Counted from the first letter of the stretch, positions 1 to 9,399 are shown. The stretch: 55,345 nucleotides of DNA from an uncultured virus (IMG/VR IMGVR_UViG_3300031813_000007) (IMGVR_UViG_3300031813_000007:62001-117345), one strand, 5' to 3'. Notes: generated by a model from the letters alone, not told the origin. Made by a program: numbers and translations.

Positions 1-127
1 GAACAATGGGGTCCTCAGTTATATCATATGTCGCTTCATATGTTTTGATAGAAGTGCCAAAACTGCCAAAAGCAGCATCAGCAGTTATTGAGGGTAGTTG
101 TGCTATATTGAATACATTGTTTTTCAT
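1..127 (-). CDS. hypothetical protein, N-terminal part (runs off window)
   Basis: ATG at 127 on minus strand, open to the window edge (MKNNVFNIAQLPSITDAAFG...). Confidence 0.5.
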   Translation of the reverse strand, partial: MKNNVFNIAQLPSITADAAFGSFGTSIKTYEATYDITEDPIV

Positions 128-170
128 GTTTTCACTTTACATTAGTTTGAGTTAAAATACAAGGATAAAG

Positions 171-635
171 TTATCCAATCGTGATATCTTCCATACCAGC
201 AGTTCTGAGACGAACAATGTGTCCCAATTGCCACTGCTTAGTATCAATACCTTTCATTATGCCTAACCATTTGTTACGCAACAGAGCGACTTCGTTTATA
301 AGAACTTCCATATCAATAACTTCATCTTCGCCATCCGCGTATTTTTCAGCATCTCTACTGGTCAATGCTCTAGCATATCCTTCAAGATATTTCTTGAAGT
401 GTTTTTTATGTATCTTTTTTAGTTGAATGTTTAGAAAGTTGAGAACCGCTTCAATCTCTTGAAGTTGGTTGAAGCGGAACTCTGTTATACCTGGTAGTTT
501 AGAAATGTTCTTTTCAACATTCCCATATACTTTTACGTCATTCTTGGCTGATAATAACTCATTTTCATAATGAGTAATAAAGTCGGGAAGGACGCTTAAA
601 TCTTGTGTGATTTGGCTATACCAAGACATTACCAA
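171..635 (-). CDS. uvsY: UvsY-like recombination mediator protein
   Basis: Helical protein with ALTSRDAEKYADGE...KGIDTKQWQLGHIVRLRTAG, located next to UvsX; likely start is ATG at 629. Confidence 0.75.
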   Translation of the reverse strand: MVMSWYSQITQDLSVLPDFITHYENELLSAKNDVKVYGNVEKNISKLPGITEFRFNQLQEIEAVLNFLNIQLKKIHKKHFKKYLEGYARALTSRDAEKYADGEDEVIDMEVLINEVALLRNKWLGIMKGIDTKQWQLGHIVRLRTAGMEDITIG

Positions 636-898
636 TCTTCATCTTCATCTTCGTGATAATCATCAAATAGATCATCAACTTGTTCATGATATAGTCCATC
701 TTCCGGTGATTCCATGAAAAATTCAAGTGCATCCTTAATTTCTTTGTCACCACGGAAAGTATATTTGATTTCTGCAGGAGAATAGTCTTCTTCAATGAGA
801 TAGTTGACTAGCGTTTCTGCTGCTTCATCGGCAACATTACCAGAATCAAGACTTGGCTTGAGTGTCTTCCAGATTTCATTGATAAGTGCTAAACTCAT
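629..898 (-). CDS. acidic hypothetical protein
   Basis: ORF coupled between uvsX and uvsY; acidic C-terminal tail. Confidence 0.7.
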   Translation of the reverse strand: MSLALINEIWKTLKPSLDSGNVADEAAETLVNYLIEEDYSPAEIKYTFRGDKEIKDALEFFMESPEDGLYHEQVDDLFDDYHEDEDEDW

Positions 899-1956
899 TC
901 CATCACCTCATCTTCAATGTGTTTGATTGTCAATGGCTGCTTATTGAACTCTTCCATAATCGTATCCAAGCAACCGTCTGCATTTGCTTCCCATGCTTTG
1001 CGGAACTTTTTGATAAGGGTTCCATCAATCTTGGTATAGACAAGTGAGTTGCCTTCCTTTTTTAGGAGTTCCATACCCTCAAACATATCAGTAAGACCAG
1101 AATATGGATTCATGCCGGTATCATATGGAATTTTGACTTGAACGGATTCAAATGGCTTGGCATAACGGGTCTTCATGATCTTGCAGGCGGCGCGAATACC
1201 ATTAACCTGACTTGTTTTGTTGCCGTCTTCGTCTTCCTTGAGCTTAAGCTTACGCATAGCTACAACGATAGATGAGGCGTAAATAAAGCCCTGACCACCT
1301 GAAATCTTGTCATCTGGATCAAACATGTCCTGTGAAGCATAAGTATGATTTGTTGCAACAAGACCAACATTATGGCTACCGAACATGTTTACACAGTTGC
1401 GAACAAGTGCAGTTAATGCCTTTGGCTTACGACCCATATCACCCTTCAAATCACCACCTTCAAACTGATTAACATCAGTTGGAGTTAGCAACATGCCTAG
1501 TGAGTCAATGATGAATAAAACCTTAGGCTTGTCAGCATCTGATATTGCCTTGTATCCCTTCATGAACTCGCTGATAGTCTTAGCAACGTCATCAATCATT
1601 GCCATATTCAACTTGAGTAACTTATTTTCATCAGTGCTCACACCAAGAGCATGAAGCCATGCTTCATCAAGTGCGTTTTCACTATCAATCAGAACAACAA
1701 AGATGCCTTGTTCTTGTGCATGTTTAATCAGATTGCCCGAGCAAATGTAAGACTTTCCTGCACCCGATTCGCCCGCGAATACAGTAACTTTACCAAGAGG
1801 AACACCCTTATTGAAGTCGCTGCTGATGCGAAAATTTAATGCGTAGTTGCCTGTGCTAACCCAATCTGTTGGGTCATTAAACCCGATACTAAGACCGTCA
1901 ATAGCCTTAGTGATATCTTTACGGAACTTTGAAACGTCAAAGGGTTTCGTTGTCAA
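895..1956 (-). CDS. uvsX: UvsX/RecA-like recombinase
   Basis: Walker A GESGAGKS, IDSE, Walker B FIIDSLG, GDMGRKPK, ISGGQGFIYASS; TTG start with AGGAG Shine-Dalgarno. Confidence 0.95.
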   Translation of the reverse strand: MTTKPFDVSKFRKDITKAIDGLSIGFNDPTDWVSTGNYALNFRISSDFNKGVPLGKVTVFAGESGAGKSYICSGNLIKHAQEQGIFVVLIDSENALDEAWLHALGVSTDENKLLKLNMAMIDDVAKTISEFMKGYKAISDADKPKVLFIIDSLGMLLTPTDVNQFEGGDLKGDMGRKPKALTALVRNCVNMFGSHNVGLVATNHTYASQDMFDPDDKISGGQGFIYASSIVVAMRKLKLKEDEDGNKTSQVNGIRAACKIMKTRYAKPFESVQVKIPYDTGMNPYSGLTDMFEGMELLKKEGNSLVYTKIDGTLIKKFRKAWEANADGCLDTIMEEFNKQPLTIKHIEDEVME

Positions 1957-1969
1957 GTATAATCTCCTA

Positions 1970-2200
1970 TTATCGTGCGATTTGTTTTAATTTATCATTA
2001 TGTGAATATTTTTCAAGCATTTCTGGATTGTTCAGTGCAAGTTGATCAATCTCGTAATCACTTGGAAAGTGTCGTAGAATGCCACGTGCGCGGTCACGAA
2101 TAATGCTTGGGACTCTTGGAGTCTTACCGGGATCACAAAGTTCTTCTAAAAGTTTCTTGCCCTGCTTTAATGATCGGTATCTATCCTCTGCGGTTGTCAT
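1970..2200 (-). CDS. small conserved protein (BPSL0761-like)
   Basis: MT..EDRYRS...LLEEL...PRVPSIIRDRARGILRHFP pattern; GGAG SD. Confidence 0.55.
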   Translation of the reverse strand: MTTAEDRYRSLKQGKKLLEELCDPGKTPRVPSIIRDRARGILRHFPSDYEIDQLALNNPEMLEKYSHNDKLKQIAR

Positions 2201-2220
2201 AAGACATCTCCTTAAAGAAT

Positions 2221-2242
2221 GGGGAGGGCATGACCCCTCCCC
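2221..2242 (-). terminator. intrinsic terminator after SSB gene
   Basis: GGGGAGGG/CCCTCCCC stem followed on minus strand by ATTCTTT. Confidence 0.6.
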
Positions 2243-2249
2243 TGTCTAA

Positions 2250-3230
2250 TCACTTAGACTGACGTGCACGGATCATCTGCAAAATGTCCTGTGCCTTGTC
2301 GCTTGAAGTTGACTTCTGTGGAACCACGATAGGATCAACATCAAACGGAGGTGTGTCATCTTCCGCAGGGGTAGATGCTACCGAATCCGTTTCGTTTGTG
2401 TTGGCAGGTGCCGATTGCTGTGCTGGAGTTGTACCAGCAGGAGCTTCCAATCCATAAGGACGGTAATAAGCACCCCACTTATCATTGTCGTAAGGGCGAC
2501 CATCAACAGATGCTTCAAACATTTCCTTAATGATGCGAAGTTCAGCTTCGCTTGGCTTCTTAGGAAGGAAACTCTTAAGGTCAAAAAGACCATGTGCATC
2601 AATAGCTGCCAACTCTGCTTCAGTCAACGGGGTTTCCTTACGTGCATAGTTGGAAGTTGAGTAGTCTGCATAACCACCCTTGCTGGTCTTACGGATAATG
2701 AAATCCAAACCTGCATTGTAGTCAGTTGGCAGTTCGCTCATTTCAGGGTCCATCAAACCAGTCTTAATGATAGGAATGATCTGTGGGCTGATAACGAGAC
2801 GGCGAATCGGATTAGGTGGGGTTACATCATCACCAAGAGGATTCTGACGAACGAAGCCCTGAAACAGGTAAGTACGCTTCTTCCAGTACTTGTTAGCAAG
2901 TTCCTTAAGAGAGTCATCCTTGTACCAAGGGCGAACTTCGGCAAGAACTGGGCAGTTATCGCCATACATTTCTACGCAAGGAACCTGAACGATAATCTGC
3001 TTGCTGTCGCCACCTTTTACACCATTGAAAGGCAGCTTGAGCATTGCTCTTTCTACCCAGAAAAATGAGTTGGTAGGATCGTTGTCAGGAAGAAAACGAA
3101 CGGTTGCCGAAGAACCTTCGCTGATGTTCCAGAACGGATAGATTGCGTTATCGGATTGAGTGTTGGGACCCTTGTTCTGTCCCTTGTCTTGTGCTGCTAA
3201 GCGAGCACGTATTTCTGCTAAACTTGCCAT
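2250..3230 (-). CDS. T4 gp32-like single-stranded DNA-binding protein
   Basis: VRFLPD, CVEMYGDNCPV, YWKKR, GLDFIIRKTSKGGYADYSTS, acidic low-complexity tail; beside uvsX/uvsY. Confidence 0.9.
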   Translation of the reverse strand: MASLAEIRARLAAQDKGQNKGPNTQSDNAIYPFWNISEGSSATVRFLPDNDPTNSFFWVERAMLKLPFNGVKGGDSKQIIVQVPCVEMYGDNCPVLAEVRPWYKDDSLKELANKYWKKRTYLFQGFVRQNPLGDDVTPPNPIRRLVISPQIIPIIKTGLMDPEMSELPTDYNAGLDFIIRKTSKGGYADYSTSNYARKETPLTEAELAAIDAHGLFDLKSFLPKKPSEAELRIIKEMFEASVDGRPYDNDKWGAYYRPYGLEAPAGTTPAQQSAPANTNETDSVASTPAEDDTPPFDVDPIVVPQKSTSSDKAQDILQMIRARQSK

Positions 3231-3314
3231 TGTGTATTCTCCTTTAAAATGTGCTAAATGTTGAGCTAGGTTTGAGTTTCATGTTTTGCTGTCGGAGACA
3301 ACTAACACTTTATG

Positions 3315-3343
3315 GTTATATAACAATAACCACTTAGTGTCAA
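3315..3343 (-). promoter_or_regulatory. sigma70-type promoter for SSB operon
   Basis: TTGACA-17 bp-TATAAC on minus strand. Confidence 0.7.
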
Positions 3344-3388
3344 GATATTTAGTAATGTTTGTGGACCAAAATATGTTATTATATTGCG

Positions 3389-5296
3389 TCAGGGCCTGAA
3401 ACGAACAATGTCCATCAAGCGACGAAGATCATCATATTCTTTGCTTTCGCAAGAACCGACTAGCTTTCCAACTGTCCCTTTTTTGCCGATCTTTTCGGTC
3501 GGACCAAGCTGACCTACACGCTTTTGTTCTGGTCCTAGGTCTTCGTCAAGTTCTTCGCCATCAAAGTTATCGTGAACAGAATCAACTTTATCTGATGCCA
3601 ATGCGATAAGCTGTTGCTGCCAAGGCTCCAGACTTTCCTTATTGCCCATCTTTTTAACTGCTTTGGCTAAACGAACTGAATCCTTTGCCATGGTCTTGAG
3701 ATTTGCAAGAGCCATACCGTTTTCTTCTTCGGTGTGACCTTCATCGTTTTCGTCAGTACGTCTTCCTATCCCAAACTTTGTTGGTCTAACAGGGTTGTTA
3801 ATGATATCATCAGTGGTTTTCTTATCGTCAAAGTTTTCTCTGCGCCACTTTTTATACTCTTCGCCTTGTTTATCTTCGCCTTCTGGAATGCCAACAGGAT
3901 TGTTTGAAGTCAGACTTTCGCCATCTGCTTCTTCAATCTTATCCTTGTCTTTTCTGAACTTCTTTTTCCAAGGCTTTTCACCCTTCCAAACAACTTCTTC
4001 TTCCTCTGCAAGACCAAATGCCTTTAGATTCTTTTCTTCTGTTGATTGATTATGCTTTAGGGTTTGGGCACCCGGTGCTTCATCCAAGCCAATCGGTCTA
4101 TCAAGAGTAGAAATATGATGACGTGTTACCTTGCCGTCCTTATCCTTGATGGAATATGATTCACCATTATCATGCTTTTTTACAACGGTTCCACGAAGAC
4201 CTTTGTGATCTCCACTGATGACCTTTGTGCGATCACCGGGTTCCATTTCAAACTCCCAGTTCTTAAAATCTTCATCAAGTTCAAGGGTTTCATTTACAAG
4301 ATTGTCTGCCCATGCAGCCAGTTCATCAACTTCCTTGGCTTCCAATACGTTCTTATGTAAACGTGAAAGAATAGGCATTACTGATTCAATGCGTGGATCA
4401 AGGCTTGAACTCATGAACATTTCACTGATGTCAGTTGAGCCTTCATCTTCCATTAGGGTTGGGGTCCATGATTCAAAATACATGTTGTAACCGCGATGAC
4501 TGGTTAATCTATTGAGACTTTCACGTAGGTTATTATAATGACTTACGCCTTCTGCAACAAGTGCTTGGACTGACTCATTAAACTGTCCATTGCGAGTTGC
4601 GCGAACAAATCCACCCATCTTGTTATATTCTTCGCATAGACTTTTGATATGGTTCCAACGATCATCATTAGGAACGCCACCTTCTGCGATATGGCGAGCA
4701 TACACACGTGCAATACCGGGACGAGTAGTAGGAGCCAGAAAGCGTTCTCCATCTACGTTTTCAAGATAAATCTTGGCGATGTTACGATAACGCTGCTCAC
4801 CTTCTTCTAGAGCACGATTGTGCTGCAACACAATCTTTACGTTTGGAACAGCATCGTTGTATGATGCTTTCTTACCCATTGGATGATAACTTTCACCAAT
4901 CTTTTCTTTCATTTTTTGATGCTCTCTTTGCTTCATATCATCGCCCAAGCGATCTTTGTTTGCTAACTCAAAACTCATCTGTCTACGCTGTGCCCACTGT
5001 TTCAACATCTTTAGGAAACCAAGCCAAGTGTCATCATAATCAAGCCCCGGTGTTTCAACATCTGGGCTATCTTCCTGCTCAGAATCATAGTATACTGTGA
5101 GGTCTTGAGCGTCATCAATGCTTATCCAGACTTTACCGTAGTCTTTGTTATCCTTCATGAAAGTAAACTCAATGACATCGGCGTCCTGTGATGCCTGAAC
5201 TCGTTGATTCTTGGCACTCAGTGGCGTGGGTTTATACCCTCTCACTTTGAGAAGATCATAAAGCTTTTTGTTAAAGGATTCGTTGTCTATAGCCAT
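3389..5296 (-). CDS. late protein, probable head/internal polyprotein with modular acidic C-terminal half
   Basis: TATAAATA directly upstream; lies downstream of terminase; repeated LDE/LAEE/IEEA junctions; KOW/SH3-like insert. Confidence 0.55.
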   Translation of the reverse strand: MAIDNESFNKKLYDLLKVRGYKPTPLSAKNQRVQASQDADVIEFTFMKDNKDYGKVWISIDDAQDLTVYYDSEQEDSPDVETPGLDYDDTWLGFLKMLKQWAQRRQMSFELANKDRLGDDMKQREHQKMKEKIGESYHPMGKKASYNDAVPNVKIVLQHNRALEEGEQRYRNIAKIYLENVDGERFLAPTTRPGIARVYARHIAEGGVPNDDRWNHIKSLCEEYNKMGGFVRATRNGQFNESVQALVAEGVSHYNNLRESLNRLTSHRGYNMYFESWTPTLMEDEGSTDISEMFMSSSLDPRIESVMPILSRLHKNVLEAKEVDELAAWADNLVNETLELDEDFKNWEFEMEPGDRTKVISGDHKGLRGTVVKKHDNGESYSIKDKDGKVTRHHISTLDRPIGLDEAPGAQTLKHNQSTEEKNLKAFGLAEEEEVVWKGEKPWKKKFRKDKDKIEEADGESLTSNNPVGIPEGEDKQGEEYKKWRRENFDDKKTTDDIINNPVRPTKFGIGRRTDENDEGHTEEENGMALANLKTMAKDSVRLAKAVKKMGNKESLEPWQQQLIALASDKVDSVHDNFDGEELDEDLGPEQKRVGQLGPTEKIGKKGTVGKLVGSCESKEYDDLRRLMDIVRFRP

Positions 5297-5301
5297 AGAT
5301 G

Positions 5302-5309
5302 TATTTATA
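5302..5309 (-). promoter_or_regulatory. T4-type late promoter TATAAATA
   Basis: Exact T4 late consensus 5 nt upstream of ATG 5296. Similar TAAATA motifs precede genes at 6870, 8497, 12217, 12955, 16243, 19573, 25530, 26112, 29487 and 38014. Confidence 0.7.
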
Positions 5310-5313
5310 CTTT

Positions 5314-6861
5314 TTAGCCTAGGATGGCATAGAATGGTAATGGCATAATAATCTCATCATGGTCACGAATATGAGATTCAAGATCACCATGATAATCAGC
5401 AAGTTGTGTCATTATGCGAACAGCAAGTAACGATGCCATAACTAAGTCATCATGATCACCTATCTTTGCTGCATAACTGCCAGCATGTGCCACAAAGGCT
5501 TTTAGTTCTGAAATCAATGGGCGACTATTAACAGTTAGCTTTTTTGATTCAAGAAGCGTCTTGAACTTAGCACAAGCAGCCAGTTTCGGTTTCTGACTAG
5601 TGTTGAAACCTCTGCGCTTTTTTCCCGGTTCACTGAGGAATACACCTTGAATGTTTGATTCACCATATTCATTTAGTGAAATAAGAGCGGCTTCACCTAT
5701 GCTGTTGTTTTCAAGTGAATAATAGATATTATTTGGCTCACCTGTGCATTCTGCTATGTATTTGTTGATTTCCGCCAACAGCTTGATCTGATTAGGAATA
5801 TCAGTCTTGTTATGCTTCCATTCACCAATCTGAGTGGTGGTAGATGCTTCAAATATCTGAATGGCGGCAGGATCGCCACCTGTTCCCAATGATGGGTCAA
5901 GAGCAACGACATAAAGATGTCCCTTTTCTGGCTTTTTATACCAACGAACTTGTCCCATGCGTGAGATTGGCTCAATGCCTTCAAGTTGGATAAGCGTATT
6001 TGGATTAATAAGTGTTTCGTCAGCGATGATGAATTCACAACCGATTTCACGATTGAAACGATCTTCACCTAGCTGTGCTTGCATTTCCTGTGCCCATTTA
6101 TCGTCTCTTCCTGGCTGCTCTTTCCAGTGTGCACGATAGGCTCTAAATCCGTTTACGCCTACTTCTGTGGTATTTCCAAACTCATCTTCTGTCTTGTTAG
6201 CACCTTTCCAAATGAGAGCAAACTGATCTTCGTCAGAGTTTGGTGTTGATGTGATGATTGCTTTACCACCGGTTGCCAATGTAGGAGTAATGGCAGTCCA
6301 GAACTCTGTTGCGATTGATGGTCTAACGAACGCAAACTCGTCCAGATATAACAATGAGATAGACATACCACGACCTGTATTTTCAGTTGTGGTGGCAGAA
6401 ACGATACGTGAACCATTCTCAAAGTCAATAGAACCTTTGTTATAGGTTGTTACTCCTGCTTTAATATGATCTGGGCAGTTTTCATAAGCATAACGAATAC
6501 GCTGCATGATTTCTTGAGCACCTTGATATTTGTGTGCTGCAATCAGAATAGTAGAATCCTGCACAAACATCGCATACCAAAGTAGATATCCAGCGGCTGA
6601 TGTTGATTTACCAGACTGACGAGGCATCAATGAGATTGAGTAGCGATACTTATGATAAGTTTCAATCAGTCTCTCTTGATAAGGCCAAGGGTGATAATGC
6701 ATTGCACCTCTTGTTGGGTGCTGAATCATAAAGAAGTTATCCATAAAATACAGATAACCGGTAGCTGGATCACAACACTTTAGGAAATCATCCAGTTCTT
6801 TTTGAGTTTTATATACCGTCTTTTGGTATGGTGGTTTAATTAATGTTGGTGTATTTGCCAT
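5314..6861 (-). CDS. terminase large subunit (T4 gp17-like)
   Basis: YQE motif, Walker A PRQSGKST, Walker B LLYLDEFAF, STPN coupling motif, nuclease LDPSLGTGGD...HDDLVMA. Confidence 0.95.
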   Translation of the reverse strand: MANTPTLIKPPYQKTVYKTQKELDDFLKCCDPATGYLYFMDNFFMIQHPTRGAMHYHPWPYQERLIETYHKYRYSISLMPRQSGKSTSAAGYLLWYAMFVQDSTILIAAHKYQGAQEIMQRIRYAYENCPDHIKAGVTTYNKGSIDFENGSRIVSATTTENTGRGMSISLLYLDEFAFVRPSIATEFWTAITPTLATGGKAIITSTPNSDEDQFALIWKGANKTEDEFGNTTEVGVNGFRAYRAHWKEQPGRDDKWAQEMQAQLGEDRFNREIGCEFIIADETLINPNTLIQLEGIEPISRMGQVRWYKKPEKGHLYVVALDPSLGTGGDPAAIQIFEASTTTQIGEWKHNKTDIPNQIKLLAEINKYIAECTGEPNNIYYSLENNSIGEAALISLNEYGESNIQGVFLSEPGKKRRGFNTSQKPKLAACAKFKTLLESKKLTVNSRPLISELKAFVAHAGSYAAKIGDHDDLVMASLLAVRIMTQLADYHGDLESHIRDHDEIIMPLPFYAILG

Positions 6862-6885
6862 AGTATAATTATTTAGCTTAATATG

Positions 6886-7176
6886 CTACTTTTTTGAGAA
6901 GGGATGTTCCCCCGTAAGATGCGGTTTAGCAAACATTACTTTGAACCATTCAGGATCGCCCGGTCTGATGTTATTGTCTCGCATGTATTGAGCTTTTTGA
7001 GCGCCTGTTATTTCGTGGTTGTTGTCTAGTCTATCACCGTTTAGATCATAGTACTTGGGAATGCCAGCTAACCGCTTTAGTTCGTCTACTGACATATCTT
7101 TTTCTTCAGGAGGAGTAAACTCAGTGAACCCTTGGTAAGCGTTCATTAGCTTAGCTTGTTTGAATGGATCAAACAT
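6886..7176 (-). CDS. small late hypothetical protein
   Basis: DELKRLAGI motif, NIRPGDPEWF. Confidence 0.65.
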   Translation of the reverse strand: MFDPFKQAKLMNAYQGFTEFTPPEEKDMSVDELKRLAGIPKYYDLNGDRLDNNHEITGAQKAQYMRDNNIRPGDPEWFKVMFAKPHLTGEHPFSKK

Positions 7177-8120
7177 TAATATCCGCCTGTTAATGGACTA
7201 CGCTTCCAAGTATTTGTAGCAGTACATACATAGATATAGTTTGCATCCCAACATATTTGTCCGGGTGTTCCGGTGGCGTTAGATGCTTTAGTTGTTTGCG
7301 GTGCTTTCAATAAGCCTGTGATAGTGATGTTGTTGGCACCGATATTACCTGCGTAATCTTTTAACTGAGGGCCATATTTAAACTGACTGCCATCGTAAGT
7401 TACGATGTTGCCTTGACCATCAGTTGATCCTACTGAGCTTACATAGAATCCACCATTTACTGATAGTGTAGCACTGCCATTAAATGCGATATTACCATCA
7501 GTTCTTAATTCAATGATATCATTCTGATTGCTGTCCTGTACTAGTACATTGCCGGGTGTAGTTAATGTATTAGAGTCATCAAATGTCCAACTGTTGTCTG
7601 AACCAGCTACAGTTATAGTAACATTAGCATTTGTATCTAATGTTAATGTAGTGTTGCCATTAATTAAGTTTGATTGTAATCCTGTAGCACCGTTGACTTC
7701 TAAAACTCCGTCATGAACTGTTAGTCCCGCAATGTTTGCTGTATTTGCTGAGTCCGTGATATAGATAGTACCAGGCCCTAACCACAAGTTAGCCCAACGA
7801 TGTGTTTCGTCACCTAAGAAATAAATATTATCTGCGGCGGGTGATACATTAGCAGTGATTAATGTATTATCAATAAATGTCAGATTTGCTGAAGCACCAA
7901 ATAAGTTGCCGCCTGCGTTGAATTGTACTGCGCCGACCGATCCGGCTGGCGCGCCATTGCCCGCAAGCCCAATTGGAAGCCCGCCCGGAGTGCTACCATC
8001 GCTGTAGTATAACGCATTAGTATCTGGATTCCACCAAATGCGACCCGTTTCACCTACATAGTTGGCCGAGTTAGCGTTATTGTCTCTACTCGTAAATACT
8101 TTTTGAATAAAACCACTCAA
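7176..8120 (-). CDS. tail fibre/virion structural protein
   Basis: N-terminal YVGETGRIWW...YYSDGSTPGG fibre-type motif, N/T/G-rich beta body, C-terminal GTPGQICWDANYIYVC...WKR. Confidence 0.7.
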   Translation of the reverse strand: MSGFIQKVFTSRDNNANSANYVGETGRIWWNPDTNALYYSDGSTPGGLPIGLAGNGAPAGSVGAVQFNAGGNLFGASANLTFIDNTLITANVSPAADNIYFLGDETHRWANLWLGPGTIYITDSANTANIAGLTVHDGVLEVNGATGLQSNLINGNTTLTLDTNANVTITVAGSDNSWTFDDSNTLTTPGNVLVQDSNQNDIIELRTDGNIAFNGSATLSVNGGFYVSSVGSTDGQGNIVTYDGSQFKYGPQLKDYAGNIGANNITITGLLKAPQTTKASNATGTPGQICWDANYIYVCTATNTWKRSPLTGGY

Positions 8121-8130
8121 GGTAATCTCC

Positions 8131-8478
8131 TTAAACGTCTAGTGGTTCGTCATCACCCAATGCGTCTAGTACGACTGGATTGATACCTGCGTTACGTTTA
8201 ATTGCAGCAAGTTCATTGTAGTGATGAACTTCATCTTCTGATTCTTCTTCGGTGTCATAGATATTATCGACGCCAGTTGCTTTTTTGAGAAGTTCAAGTT
8301 TCATCTGCAACGGCGGAACAAAGATATCATCAGGTGCATGTGCAAGACCATTGTCATCACCGCATCCACAATCTTCACCGCCTTCAGATTCATAATCTGC
8401 GCCAGTTGCTGGGTGCATTCCGCCCTCTTTGGCATCAAGCATGTCTGCTAATCCACGTAATATTTCACTTGGTCTCAT
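8131..8478 (-). CDS. acidic late hypothetical protein
   Basis: Late motif upstream; FVPPLQMKLELLKK, ELAAIKRNAGI. Confidence 0.65.
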   Translation of the reverse strand: MRPSEILRGLADMLDAKEGGMHPATGADYESEGGEDCGCGDDNGLAHAPDDIFVPPLQMKLELLKKATGVDNIYDTEEESEDEVHHYNELAAIKRNAGINPVVLDALGDDEPLDV

Positions 8479-8518
8479 AGTAAACTCCGTATGTTGTATT
8501 TATGCTTTACATAACAAA

Positions 8519-8539
8519 TCACCCGCAAAACGCGGGTGA
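8519..8539. terminator. hairpin, probable terminator
   Basis: TCACCCGC-aaaac-GCGGGTGA inverted repeat after methyltransferase stop. Confidence 0.55.
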
Positions 8540-8564
8540 CTGTTCAATCAAATTTAAAAGGTGC

Positions 8565-9254
8565 TCACTTGATATCTAGTGGACGAGCCTTAGTTGCGAC
8601 GATGCAGAAATATTTCTCTTTGACTGTCTTCTGTCCTTCTTCTCCATGTGACAGATTAACATCAAACTCAAGATTGTTAAACTTATCAATGTTGAAGCCG
8701 GTACGAATAAGAAGGGCGGCCAACTGATTAGCGCCGAAAACGCTATAATGATTTGGATTGTATTCGTGACCGCGTTCACAATCTGGTGCTGGAACTTCAA
8801 TATAAATCTTTGAGCCTTGTTTCAATACGCGATTGTATTCCATTAATGTGAAAATAGGATATGGTGAATGTTCAAGTGATTGGCGAGCAAAGATGAAATC
8901 TACAGATTCGTCATAATATCCCTCTTTCTGAGGCAAGAATGACATATCATACTTTTTAATAGTATGACCATTTGCTTCACAAATCTTGATATCTTCTGGA
9001 CTCAAAGAAATTCCAACAAGATCGGTATAGCCACGGTCTTTCATTTCATCTAAGAAGTATCCTACGCCACATCCTATATCAAGAATCTTGGAATCCTTTG
9101 GGAGTTCCATAGGGTCAATATAAGTTTCTACTACCTGAGTGGTCAACTTCTTGTGGAAGTCGCTTTCCCCCTCATCATAGATGTGGCAATTAACTAGCCA
9201 CTCATAGTAAAATTTAAGTTTAACAGCGTCAAAAACTTGGTTTATATCAATCAT
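8565..9254 (-). CDS. class I SAM-dependent methyltransferase
   Basis: ILDIGCGVG motif I, DFIFARQSLEH, RVLKQG; start reassigned to ATG 9254 (MIDINQV). Confidence 0.85.
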   Translation of the reverse strand: MIDINQVFDAVKLKFYYEWLVNCHIYDEGESDFHKKLTTQVVETYIDPMELPKDSKILDIGCGVGYFLDEMKDRGYTDLVGISLSPEDIKICEANGHTIKKYDMSFLPQKEGYYDESVDFIFARQSLEHSPYPIFTLMEYNRVLKQGSKIYIEVPAPDCERGHEYNPNHYSVFGANQLAALLIRTGFNIDKFNNLEFDVNLSHGEEGQKTVKEKYFCIVATKARPLDIK

Positions 9255-9318
9255 TTGTAATCCTGTATAAGTTATAAAATTACTTATGCTATGTTCAATC
9301 GTTAAATTTTTATTTGAT

Positions 9319-9399
9319 GATAAATAAAAGTGTAGTTCGCGGGCGTCCACTCCCCAACTACTCTAATGCTATAAAGGAGCGATCAGCATGTCTATTTAT
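9319..9399 (+). promoter_or_regulatory. conserved structured leader of HNH gene (late promoter plus two hairpins)
   Basis: ATAAATA, GTAGTT/AACTAC stem, ATGCT/AGCAT stem around the AAGGAG SD; second copy at 37943-38021. Confidence 0.7.

Noticed and set aside
5314..6861. Intein or intron in terminase, uvsX or thyA
   Set aside because: All three are continuous and of normal length with adjacent motifs intact
9255..9350. Extended N-terminus of the SAM methyltransferase
   Set aside because: Overlaps the AT-rich intergenic region and endonuclease leader; ATG 9254 has an AGGA SD
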